Shown one piece after another: positions 48,361 through 57,332 of a DNA stretch of 64,000 bases. Location: NCBI GenBank assembly GCA_049840435.1, contig JASGKY010000013.1, positions 4,252-68,251 of the forward strand. The letters are read 5' to 3'. Position numbers and translations under genes: made by a program. The notes under the pieces were generated by a model, which worked only from the letters and a program-made list of their open reading frames with translations, was not told the origin of the DNA and made no database searches. The first letter of the stretch is position 1. Every line of letters starts with the position of its first letter. This DNA is from Verrucomicrobiota bacterium. Its GTDB lineage: Bacteria > Verrucomicrobiota > Verrucomicrobiia > Limisphaerales > JADLHS01.

Positions 48361-49431
48361 TCAAGCCTGCTCAAGGGCACGTTTAGCCCAGCGCAATTTG
48401 GCCGGGCCGGAGCGGGGATTTGTGTTCCGCTCTGCCGCAGTGGGCCGGATGACTTCGTCGGAAATCTCCGCGTAAAGACTATCCCGGCGGCCAGCCTCGA
48501 AGGCTTTCTTCACGCGGCGATCTTCCCCGGAATGGAAGGTCAGGATTGCCACGCGACCGCCGGGGTTTAAACAGGCGGGTAGGTGACGCAACAAAGTATC
48601 CAGCGCGGAGAACTCGTCGTTCACCGCGATCCGCAAGGCTTGGAAGACACGGCGGACGGTGAGGTCGCAGTCCTCCTTGTTCAAGCGCGGCAGGGTGGCC
48701 CGGATCGCTTCGGCGAGCGCGCGAGTGCTGGCGAATGATTTTCCAGCGAGGGCGGGCGACAAGGTCGTGGCGTGGGGCTCGTCGGAATTATCAATGAGCA
48801 GATTTGCCAGCGCGTCGGGTTTGATGCGTTGCAACAGCGCGGCTGCAGATTGACCGCGCTGCGGGTTCATGCGCATGTCCAGTGGGCCGTCGAGCTTCAC
48901 CGAGAAGCCGCGGGTCGGATCGTCAATCTGCATCGAGGACACGCCGAGGTCGGCGAGGATTGCGTCCACGCCAGTCAGTCCAACGCCCGCCAACACCTGC
49001 GGCAGGCCGGCGAAGTTGCTGCGATGTGCGGTGAAAACCTCCGGGCCAAAACCCAGCGTCCGCAAGCGCGCTTCAGTCTTCGGCAATTCAATCGGGTCAG
49101 CGTCCAGTCCGAGCAAGCGTCCGCCCGGCGCAAGCTTCGGCAAAATCTCCTGCGTGTGCCCACCGTAACCGAGCGTGCAGTCCACGGCGATCTCACCGGG
49201 TTGTGGCGCGAGCACTTCCAGGATTTCCGCGACCATGATGGAACGATGCATGCCCGCCGGAGTTTTTCCCGAAGCCATGACTTTGGCCACGGTTTCCGCG
49301 TAACGCTTCGGATCGTGCTCCTTGTATTTCTCTTCGAAGCGCCGGGGATGAGAGCCACGATACCGCGGCCGCCGCTTGTGCGGCTTGGCGGTTGGGTCGT
49401 AAGGCGGAATGGGCGGAATCGCTTCGGACAT
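48361..49431 (-). CDS. rsmH: 16S rRNA (cytosine1402-N4)-methyltransferase with ~60-aa basic N-terminal extension
   Basis: 'HRSIMVAEILEVL', 'VDCTLGYGGHTQEIL', 'DAILADLGVSSMQIDDPTRGFS', 'PLDMRMN' and 'GGRVAILTFHSGEDRRVK'. Confidence 0.9.
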   Translation of the reverse strand: MSEAIPPIPPYDPTAKPHKRRPRYRGSHPRRFEEKYKEHDPKRYAETVAKVMASGKTPAGMHRSIMVAEILEVLAPQPGEIAVDCTLGYGGHTQEILPKLAPGGRLLGLDADPIELPKTEARLRTLGFGPEVFTAHRSNFAGLPQVLAGVGLTGVDAILADLGVSSMQIDDPTRGFSVKLDGPLDMRMNPQRGQSAAALLQRIKPDALANLLIDNSDEPHATTLSPALAGKSFASTRALAEAIRATLPRLNKEDCDLTVRRVFQALRIAVNDEFSALDTLLRHLPACLNPGGRVAILTFHSGEDRRVKKAFEAGRRDSLYAEISDEVIRPTAAERNTNPRSGPAKLRWAKRALEQA

Positions 49432-49503
49432 TCTGGCGGCTACGATGTCCGAAATCGCGTTGTCACGCGAGTCGGAAAAGCAATGGTCGGTGGGAACAAT
49501 TTA

Positions 49504-52500
49504 TCAGCGCACGCGCAACACGTAGAACCGCCGTGGCTCGGCGGGGTTAATCGGCAGCGAAACGTTGAAGTTTCCGTTCGCATCAAACTGTCCCGAAGTC
49601 GCTGTGGTCCAGGTTGTCAGTGGCGTCGTGAGATCCGGGCTCGAGAGCACGTCGTAGCTCCAGTTCGGTGTGCCGTCCGTGCCGGCGAAGGTCAGATTGC
49701 CGCCGCTGGCCTGCACGCCCGTGATGCTGGGCGAATTCGTGCTGACGACCCAGATGCGGCCGTTGGTCGCGAGCTGCGAGGTGTTCCAGGCCAAGCCTTC
49801 TTCCAATGCCGGCAGATCGTAAGCGGCGAAGTTACCCGTGATATTCGGCGCATTGAACAGTTGGAAGTTGTCGCCCGCCTCGAGCAACTCGACACTCGTG
49901 TTCAACACTTCCATCGTGCCTCCCCGTGCGAGCGTGCCGAACACCACGAGTTGATCATTTGTGAATGGATTGCGGCTGATTTCAAACTGCGCGCGACTGC
50001 CGGCGCTAAAGGTGAGGTTGCTGGCGAACGTCAACGTGCCGATGCTCGTGCCCGGCGCAAGTGTACCGTTGACGGTGGTGTTTCCGCCGATGAGGCCCGT
50101 GCCGCCCAAAGTGCCGGACGCATTCACGGTCACCGTGTTGGTGGCAAAAAAGTGATTGCCGTTCACGAGCAGTTTTCCTGTGCTCACGATGGTTGGGCCG
50201 GAAGAGCCATTCGTTCCGGTCAGGGTCAATGTGCCCGTACCTTGTTTGTTGAGTGCGACCGAGCGGTTGGCGTTGTTGCCGTTGGTGATGGTGCCGGCAA
50301 AGGTCGTGCTCGCATTGTTGCCGCCGATGAGGAGGGTCGTTGTGACATCGCTGGAGGTCGCGCCACGGACGAATGTGTTTGCACCGCCACTCAGGCTGCC
50401 GAGTGAAACCGTGCCGCCATCGCGCGTGACCAGATTCGCCGTGCCCGTTCCCAGATTGAAGCTGGCCGTGCTGCTGCCGGCACTGCCATAAAACCGTAAC
50501 GTGCCCGTCGTCCCCATCGTCACCGATCCGCTGAAGCCGCTCATGCTGCCGCGTGGCGAATACGTCCCACCGCTGACCACGCTCAACGTCAACGCGCCGT
50601 TGCCGCTCCATGAACCAGTCGTGGCCTGATTGTTATTGCCGCTGGGAGTGGTCAAGGTGGCCGGACCAGAGAAGATCAGGTTGTTCGCCGTGGTCGCGGG
50701 CGCACCGACGCTGTTCAAGATCAGGTTGCCGTTGCTTACCGTGATGCTGCCGCTGCCCGCCGCGCCGACGGTGTTTAAGCTCACCGTACCGCCGGTGATG
50801 AGCGTACCGCCGGCGTAACTGTTGTTTACGCTCAAGGTCAGCGTGCCCGAACCGGCTTTTTGCAACGTGACAGCACCGGACAACGTGCCTGTGCCGCCGA
50901 GCGTGTAATTCTTTGTCGCGATAAACGCCAGTGCGCCGGGCAGCAGTGTTTGCGTCATGTAAATCGTCGGGCTGTTCGAGCCGGAATCATCGAACGTCAC
51001 CAGCGCTGTGTCGCCGTACAGCGTGGGTGAGCCGCCATTGCGCCAGTTCGCCGTGGTCGCGATGTCCCAGAAATTGTTCACGCCATCGCCGCGCCAGGTG
51101 AGGGACGGGGCATTCGTCGAGGTCGTGGCGCTGGCGATGTTCGAGTAAGGCGAAAATCCGGCGAGGTTTGTGCCGCGGAGGCGATAGTAGTAAGTCGTGT
51201 TGGGCGTCAGGCCGGTATCGGTGTAAGCGGTCGTGTTGCCGGGGACGGAGTCGAGCGCGGAAAAATTCACGCCGTTCAACGAGCGTTCCAGCCGGAATTC
51301 CGCCTCGTTCGTCGAGGTGTCGGTCCAAACCAGGTTCACGTCGAATGGGCCGGCGACGGCGGCGACGAGATTGGTGGGCGCGCTTGGTGCCGCGCTGGGC
51401 ACGACGGCGACCAAGGCGATCATGCCCGGCGGATTCGTCAGCGCTACGGGTTGGATGAAATCGCCGTTGAGCGCGAGATTTGTCAATCCGCCCGTCAGCG
51501 TGCCGGTGTAGGTAATGAGCGGATAAACTCCGCCGCCAAGGAAACCGCTGGTCTGTTTGATTTCGATGATGTTTGTGCCAGCCAATACTACGCTGCCGAC
51601 GATGCGCAAAAGATCGTTGCTGCCCGTAACACCGTTCGGATCGCTGGAGAGATCGAATTGGTTCAGCACGCTGCCGAGTTCAATGAGAGTATTTGTGGCC
51701 GTGAGCGTGCCGGGAGAGTTGGTGTTTGGGCCGACGGTCAGAATGCAACCAGCTTGAATCGTGAGGCCGCTGCCGAGTTGGCCGCTGCCGCCGAACTGCG
51801 ACGGGCCTTCCGGCGTGCCGCGGCGTTCGACGGTCACGGCGCTGCCGCTCAGAGTGCTGTTCACAAACAGCGCGCCCCCGCTGACGAAAGTGCCCCCGGT
51901 GTAAGTGTTCGAGTTGTTGAGAGTGAGTCGGGCCGGGCCGGCCTTGACCAGTTTCATCGCGCCGCTCAACTGACCACTGCCACCGAACGAGTAATCCTTG
52001 GCGGAATAAACTGTCACTTGGGCTGGCGTCAATGTGCCGGTCAGTGTGACGGGCGAGTTGTTTGATCCGGAGAGGTCGAACAGGACGGATTTGCCGGACG
52101 AGAACGCTACGGAAACGGTATTGCTCACCCAGAGACCATTGGTGAACCAATTCGCGGTCACGCCTGTGTCCCAGTTGTTCGCACCCCCACCGCGCCAAAC
52201 CAGATCCGCTGTGGAGATCGGGGGGACGGGCGGTGTGAACATCCCCGGTCCAATATAATAACCCGGATGCGGCGGTTGATTGTAAGCCGTGTTCTGCCAC
52301 GCGATGGCGACGCGGTAGGCCGGGTCGTGCATCAATGTCACGAGTCGATTTGTGGCGACGGTGGTCGTGGTATAGATGCGGAGGTTGAGGTTGTCCGAGG
52401 TGCGCCAGATGATTTCTTCGCGCCAGTCGCCGAACAGATCCACGCTCAAGTTCGGCGTGGATTTGGTGGAGTTGTTGGAAGCGACCCCGGCGCCGGAGAA

Positions 52501-54081
52501 GATCGTGCTGGTCGTGCTGCTGGCGGGATTCCATTTGTAAATGGTCGTGCCGTCCAGCGGTTCGCGGAGCAGGTCGGCATCCCAGTAACACGCAAAATTC
52601 TGAGACGTGGGTTTCGTCGTCCCGATCTGCACGCCCGTGGCGCTCATGAAGCCGCCGCGCGCACCCCACATCTCGTAGCCGCGGTGATTTGGGTCCACGT
52701 CAATTGCCACACCTCGCCCAACGTCAGCGTTCTCGCCGTCCACGCCAAAAATGAGTCCGCCGTTCTTTGCGTCGCGAAATTCCAAGCCGGTCGGCCCATA
52801 CGAACCCGGATCTTCGTGCACCATCCAGACTTCGAGTCCATTGCGGTCGGGATTCATGTCGGATTGATGCAATGCATCGCCGTGGCCGAGGAGCGTGGTG
52901 TAAAGCCCCGTGCCATTGTCATCGATCGCGCACGCGCCGTAAGTGATTTCGTCTTTGCCGTCGCCGTCCACGTCGCCGACGGTGAGGCTGTGTGCGCCCT
53001 GGCCGCGATAACCGGAGAGCGGGCCGCTGGTGGAGTCGCCGGTGTCGAACAACCAACGCTGCGTCAACACGCCGTTGCGCCAGTCCCATGCGCACAGCGC
53101 CGCGCGGGTGTAATAACCGCGACACATCACCACGCTCGGACGCACGCCGTCGAGGTACGCGATGCAAGCGAGGAAACGATCCACGCGATTACCGTAGCTG
53201 TCGCCCCAATTGGAGACCGTGCCGCGCGCCGGCACATAATTCGTGTGCGCCAGCTTCGCGCCGGTGAGCCCGTCGAGGATGGTGAAGTATTCCGGGCCGC
53301 TCAGGATGTAACCGGAGCTGTTGGTATAAACCGAGAAGGCCGCATTGCCATCCACGTAGTTGCCCAAGCCGTCTTTCGTTCCGGGCGCGGTCTTGCACGC
53401 GAGTTCCGCGCGACCATCGCCGTCGAGGTCGTAAACCATGAATTGCGTGTAATGCGCGCCCGCGCGGATGTTCGGCCCGAGATCGATGCGCCACATCAAC
53501 GTCCCGTTCAATTTGTAGGCGTCGAGGAAAACATTCCCTGTAAAGCCGCTCTGCGAATTGTCCTTTGAGTTGGATGGGTCCCACTTGACCACGATTTCAT
53601 ATTCGCTGTCACCATCGAGATCGGCGGTGCTGCAATCGTTCGGACTGTAGGTGAACGGCCCGGAAGCGTTCGTGCCATCGACGGGCTTTTGCAACGCGAT
53701 GTTGAGGTATTGCTGGGTCACCGGATTCGCGGTCAGACCGAACGGCGCGCTCAGCACCTGCGTCACACCACTGACGATCGGCTGGATGAAGTAAGCATTC
53801 GAAACCGCGAAGTTGATCGTGTTGTCGGTGAAGTTGCAATTGGTCGTGAGCAACGTGCCGTTAAGTTGCACCGGTGCCGCGCCGTTCACCGAACGGAGCA
53901 GATTGAAACCGACATTCTCTGCGTCTGTCCCGAGCAAGCGCCAGCCGACATACGCCGTGCTCGTGCCCGTGCGGACGGCGACGATGCCGCGCCCGAGCTT
54001 TTCCATCTGGCGTTGGGCGAACGTGGGGAAGGCGCCGAGCAACAGCGCAAGAATCACAGGTGCGGACCGGATTTTTCTCAT
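49504..54081 (-). CDS. Rhamnogalacturonan lyase (PL11, YesW/YesX-like) fused to ~900 aa of autotransporter-associated beta-strand repeats, an Fn3-like module and the shared C-terminal module
   Basis: Signal 'MRKIRSAPVILALLLGAFPTFAQ'. 'RQMEKLGRGIVAV', 'VKWDPSNSKDNSQSGFTGNVFLDAYKLNGTLMWRIDLGPNIRAGAHYTQFMVYDLDGDGRAE', 'WGDSYGNRVDRFLACIAYLDG', 'GDVDGDGKDEI', 'LFGDWREEIIWRT' and 'LMHDPAYRVAIAWQNTAYNQPPHPGYY' are near-collinear with Bacillus YesW as I recall it. These are followed by many 'GTLTL..NSYTGGT..GG' repeats. The start is an internal Met of ORF 49504..54138. Confidence 0.8.
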   Translation of the reverse strand: MRKIRSAPVILALLLGAFPTFAQRQMEKLGRGIVAVRTGTSTAYVGWRLLGTDAENVGFNLLRSVNGAAPVQLNGTLLTTNCNFTDNTINFAVSNAYFIQPIVSGVTQVLSAPFGLTANPVTQQYLNIALQKPVDGTNASGPFTYSPNDCSTADLDGDSEYEIVVKWDPSNSKDNSQSGFTGNVFLDAYKLNGTLMWRIDLGPNIRAGAHYTQFMVYDLDGDGRAELACKTAPGTKDGLGNYVDGNAAFSVYTNSSGYILSGPEYFTILDGLTGAKLAHTNYVPARGTVSNWGDSYGNRVDRFLACIAYLDGVRPSVVMCRGYYTRAALCAWDWRNGVLTQRWLFDTGDSTSGPLSGYRGQGAHSLTVGDVDGDGKDEITYGACAIDDNGTGLYTTLLGHGDALHQSDMNPDRNGLEVWMVHEDPGSYGPTGLEFRDAKNGGLIFGVDGENADVGRGVAIDVDPNHRGYEMWGARGGFMSATGVQIGTTKPTSQNFACYWDADLLREPLDGTTIYKWNPASSTTSTIFSGAGVASNNSTKSTPNLSVDLFGDWREEIIWRTSDNLNLRIYTTTTVATNRLVTLMHDPAYRVAIAWQNTAYNQPPHPGYYIGPGMFTPPVPPISTADLVWRGGGANNWDTGVTANWFTNGLWVSNTVSVAFSSGKSVLFDLSGSNNSPVTLTGTLTPAQVTVYSAKDYSFGGSGQLSGAMKLVKAGPARLTLNNSNTYTGGTFVSGGALFVNSTLSGSAVTVERRGTPEGPSQFGGSGQLGSGLTIQAGCILTVGPNTNSPGTLTATNTLIELGSVLNQFDLSSDPNGVTGSNDLLRIVGSVVLAGTNIIEIKQTSGFLGGGVYPLITYTGTLTGGLTNLALNGDFIQPVALTNPPGMIALVAVVPSAAPSAPTNLVAAVAGPFDVNLVWTDTSTNEAEFRLERSLNGVNFSALDSVPGNTTAYTDTGLTPNTTYYYRLRGTNLAGFSPYSNIASATTSTNAPSLTWRGDGVNNFWDIATTANWRNGGSPTLYGDTALVTFDDSGSNSPTIYMTQTLLPGALAFIATKNYTLGGTGTLSGAVTLQKAGSGTLTLSVNNSYAGGTLITGGTVSLNTVGAAGSGSITVSNGNLILNSVGAPATTANNLIFSGPATLTTPSGNNNQATTGSWSGNGALTLSVVSGGTYSPRGSMSGFSGSVTMGTTGTLRFYGSAGSSTASFNLGTGTANLVTRDGGTVSLGSLSGGANTFVRGATSSDVTTTLLIGGNNASTTFAGTITNGNNANRSVALNKQGTGTLTLTGTNGSSGPTIVSTGKLLVNGNHFFATNTVTVNASGTLGGTGLIGGNTTVNGTLAPGTSIGTLTFASNLTFSAGSRAQFEISRNPFTNDQLVVFGTLARGGTMEVLNTSVELLEAGDNFQLFNAPNITGNFAAYDLPALEEGLAWNTSQLATNGRIWVVSTNSPSITGVQASGGNLTFAGTDGTPNWSYDVLSSPDLTTPLTTWTTATSGQFDANGNFNVSLPINPAEPRRFYVLRVR

Positions 54082-54239
54082 GGCAACCAAGGCAAACGAC
54101 TCCATGCGATGATTGTCGTGCGATCGGCGCACGCCCATGGCCGCAGGGAACGCTCCAGACTACCATGCCGGGGACGATTCACCATCGCCGGAAAGGGGGA
54201 CGATAGCAGTTCTGGCCAAACCCCTGGCCGCTGTTTGGG

Positions 54240-54953
54240 TCATTTCCTGTGACGAAAGAGAGCGAAAACCATCAAAAACACCGCTCCCAAAAATACCAGC
54301 ATGAGCAAGTAGCCGGGCAATAGCACTGCGGGTGATGGCGGCGCCGGCTTTCTTACTGGAGCGATTGCGGGCGGAAGCGAAGCTGCATTCGTGACAGACG
54401 GGATCGGGCTGGCATTGTCGGGCGTCCCAGCAGGTGATGACTTGTCTGTTTCTGGCGGCGATGGTGGAAACTCTGCGCGGGCTGAATCAGCGAACAGCGT
54501 CGTCTGTCCGAGCACCTTTTGGTTCACCATGTCCAACACCGTCAACGAAGTGCCGTACGGCGAATCCGTCCCGCTGCGCAACCCGCGCGCCGTGAATTGC
54601 AGCGGGCGCAACGGCGTGGCGACGTATTCCAGTTTGAACTGGATGTGGTCTTCCACCCCCAGTGAAACATTCGTGGTCAGCGCAGCGACTCTGTTGTTCC
54701 CGGCGGTGAAGTCGAAGAAGCTTCCGGCCAGTGCAGTGAGTTGTGGTTGTGCTTTTTCAAACTGACTTAGCACCGCCACATCACGCACGGGCTCAACGCC
54801 TGCGAGTCGCATCCCGGCGGGGAATTCCATCTCGATGAACAACTCAATGACATTCGACCGCACATAAGCCACCGACGTGATCTCGTAGGGATCATGGGCG
54901 TGGGCGATGTTAGTCGCCAGTCCCAGCAGGCAAATGAGTGCAAGAAATCTCAC
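54240..54953 (-). CDS. Hypothetical secreted/C-terminally anchored protein
   Basis: Signal 'MRFLALICLLGLATNIAHA', a Pro-rich linker, and C-terminal TM 'LLPGYLLMLVFLGAVFLMVFALF'. The GTG start overlaps the upstream stop (GTGA, 54953-54950). Confidence 0.45.
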   Translation of the reverse strand: MRFLALICLLGLATNIAHAHDPYEITSVAYVRSNVIELFIEMEFPAGMRLAGVEPVRDVAVLSQFEKAQPQLTALAGSFFDFTAGNNRVAALTTNVSLGVEDHIQFKLEYVATPLRPLQFTARGLRSGTDSPYGTSLTVLDMVNQKVLGQTTLFADSARAEFPPSPPETDKSSPAGTPDNASPIPSVTNAASLPPAIAPVRKPAPPSPAVLLPGYLLMLVFLGAVFLMVFALFRHRK

Positions 54954-56041
54954 GGCTGCTTTTTCTCCACGCGCAGATCCGTTGATGTGGCCAGTCCGAT
55001 GACGCGGCCTTCCGTGCCGACAGCGCAGTAGAAGTGATACACCACGCCCTCATGTTTCAGCACCCACGGCTTGTGCGCGTAGGTCTTGTCCCACGGTTCG
55101 CTGGGTTCGATTAGTGTCGGGCCGGTCCATTTGGTCCAATTCACCATGTCCTTGGACGCCGCGAACGTATCGAATGCCTTCGGTCCCCAGCCGGCGCCGA
55201 AATAAAACATCACCCACACATCGCCGATCTTCACGAGCTGCGGATCGCCGCTCATGCCGTTGCGTTTTTCTTCGCCGTTGGCCAGCACGCAATTCGTCCC
55301 GAAGCGCGTCCAGTCCACCAGGTTCGTCGAGAGCGCCATGCCGATGCGTTCGTAACCGTTCTTCACCTTCGCGTTGTAATACATCACGAACGGCGCCCCG
55401 AGCCGTTGGGTGCGGTCGTGGATGATGGAACTTTTGTAAAGTGTCTTGCGCTCGAACTCACGCGCGTCGGTATCCTTCGGGCCGAGCACGGGATTCTCTG
55501 CAAGGCGCGTCCATTCCTTCGCTTCCGTCGGAGTCTTGGTCCAGGCCATGCCGATGGACAAGGGATCAGTCTCGTAACCCTGCAACGCGCCGCCGATGTA
55601 TGAGAGCCAGAATTTGCCGTTGAACTGTCCGAGCGTATGACTGCCGTTCCACTCGTAGTCCACCAACGCCAGCCCGCCATCCGCCTGCCACGCATCCCAG
55701 CCGTTTTTGGCAAACGACAGGATCTTGCCGAGCTTTTTCCAGTTCAACAGATCATCGCTGCTGGCCAGGAAAGTTTCGTAACCGACGCCGTTCGAAATGG
55801 CGACATACATCATGTACCACTTGCCGTTGTCGCGAAAAATGCTCGGGCAATCCACGAGTTGATTCGTCGAGTCACCCTTCAACACCACGCCATATTTGAA
55901 CGGCGTCTTCACTTCGTCGTAAAGTCGCTGCATCGTCGCGTCGTCCAGAGGCGCGTCATTGATGACGGGCGCGACTTGAGCGCGTGATGAACCGGCAAAC
56001 TGCAGCGCAGCGGCCAGCAAGATCAGTCGGGCAACTTTCAT
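54950..56041 (-). CDS. Five-bladed beta-propeller glycoside-hydrolase-like protein (GH43/GH130-clan-like)
   Basis: Signal 'MKVARLILLAAALQFAGSSRAQ'. Blade-like repeats include 'DCPSIFRDNGKWYMMYV', 'FLASSDDLLNWKKLG', 'FVMYYNAK..RIGMALSTNLVDWTRF', 'DPQLVKIGDVWVMFYFG', 'AASKDMVNWTKW' and 'KPWVLKHEGVVYHFYCA'. The exact family is not resolved. Confidence 0.5.
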   Translation of the reverse strand: MKVARLILLAAALQFAGSSRAQVAPVINDAPLDDATMQRLYDEVKTPFKYGVVLKGDSTNQLVDCPSIFRDNGKWYMMYVAISNGVGYETFLASSDDLLNWKKLGKILSFAKNGWDAWQADGGLALVDYEWNGSHTLGQFNGKFWLSYIGGALQGYETDPLSIGMAWTKTPTEAKEWTRLAENPVLGPKDTDAREFERKTLYKSSIIHDRTQRLGAPFVMYYNAKVKNGYERIGMALSTNLVDWTRFGTNCVLANGEEKRNGMSGDPQLVKIGDVWVMFYFGAGWGPKAFDTFAASKDMVNWTKWTGPTLIEPSEPWDKTYAHKPWVLKHEGVVYHFYCAVGTEGRVIGLATSTDLRVEKKQP

Positions 56042-57261
56042 TTCTTCTTCTCTTCTTTGTCTTTGTAGGCGTGATCTGCGGTCACGTCCTGGCTGGCCCA
56101 GATGCGTTGTTGCGTCCAAGGCTCGGCGGGCGCAGTCCAGAACGGATCATCCGGCGGCAACCCCAGCTGCACCAATCCCACGAGGCACAGATACAGACTC
56201 CCGGTCGAGATGTAACCTTCGCGGATGGACGGTTGATTGCCCACCGCGCCGACCTGCAGCCAACCCTTCTCATCAAATGTCCCCGGCGCTTCCATCATCC
56301 GGCGGATCACCGTGGTCAACGCGCACCGCGCCGCAGCGGGCTTCACTTCTTCCGGTAATTCCCGCAGTAGCGCCATCGTGGCCAGATGTTGTAACGCCCC
56401 GAACCGATACGCGCTCGACCGCCCGATCACCGGGAAAGTTCCCTCCGGCGAAATCATCCGCTCCTGCACCGCTGCGTAACGCTGCGCCCGCGCCAGCACC
56501 TTGGGATAAAGCTCGCCCAGCGGATGTTTCTTCTCCCGGCATACGCGCAGCACTTCCAGCAGCATCGGCTGGATGACGTAGCTGTTGTAATAATCCCAGT
56601 GTAACTCCGGTCCGTCACCATACGTACCGTCGCCGAGATACCATTCCATGTGGCGTTGCACGGCATACTCAATGGGTTTCATGTGGCACTCGCCGGTGAA
56701 CTGCCACAACGCCGCTTCCACCATCGCCGAGAACAACAGCCAGTTGCTCTCACCCGGTTTGATGCCGCGCGTTTGCTTTAAGGCCGAGACCACATTTGTT
56801 TGCTGCGCTGGCGTGAGCTTTGCCCATAGTTGTTTTGGTGCTCGCAACAAGCCATGCGCGAGGAACGCCGCGTCCACCAAGGGTTGTCCGCCTTGTTTGA
56901 AATTCAGATAATCCGGCGATTTTGGATCAGTGCCGTTCGCGATGGCTTTGACGGACAGCGCAATGAACTCTGCGCGCAACTTGCCTTCCTTGGTTTCGTC
57001 CGGGCCGAGTTCCAGCCACGGTGCGATGCCTGCCATCGTCCGCCCGAGCGCTTCCAGTCCCACGTAATTCGTCCGGGTCGATTCCCATTCATGCACCGGC
57101 AGCGCTTGTTTCAAGCGTCCCTCCGCCAGCGCCGTCAACATCGGGCGCGCCACGCGTGTCAACACATCCACCGAATACGCGCGGTCGAGACTCGGTTTGA
57201 CTTCGGCCCGGCTGAGACAAACGATTCCCCCGGCGAGCAACAGCGCGATCCAGTGTTTCAT
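56038..57261 (-). CDS. DUF2264-family protein (alpha/alpha-toroid-like, carbohydrate-locus associated)
   Basis: Signal peptide. 'NWLLFSAMVEAAL', 'MEWYLGDGTYGDGPELHWDYYNSYVIQPMLLEVL' and 'GTFPVIGRSSAYRFGALQ' match my recollection of DUF2264. The stop overlaps the next start (ATGA, 56041-56038). Confidence 0.65.
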   Translation of the reverse strand: MKHWIALLLAGGIVCLSRAEVKPSLDRAYSVDVLTRVARPMLTALAEGRLKQALPVHEWESTRTNYVGLEALGRTMAGIAPWLELGPDETKEGKLRAEFIALSVKAIANGTDPKSPDYLNFKQGGQPLVDAAFLAHGLLRAPKQLWAKLTPAQQTNVVSALKQTRGIKPGESNWLLFSAMVEAALWQFTGECHMKPIEYAVQRHMEWYLGDGTYGDGPELHWDYYNSYVIQPMLLEVLRVCREKKHPLGELYPKVLARAQRYAAVQERMISPEGTFPVIGRSSAYRFGALQHLATMALLRELPEEVKPAAARCALTTVIRRMMEAPGTFDEKGWLQVGAVGNQPSIREGYISTGSLYLCLVGLVQLGLPPDDPFWTAPAEPWTQQRIWASQDVTADHAYKDKEEKKK

Positions 57262-57332
57262 CCCGGCAGGATGAAACCCGCATCTTGAAGCGTCAATGCC
57301 GGGCTTGAGTTTTTCCGGCGCTTGTATGGACT

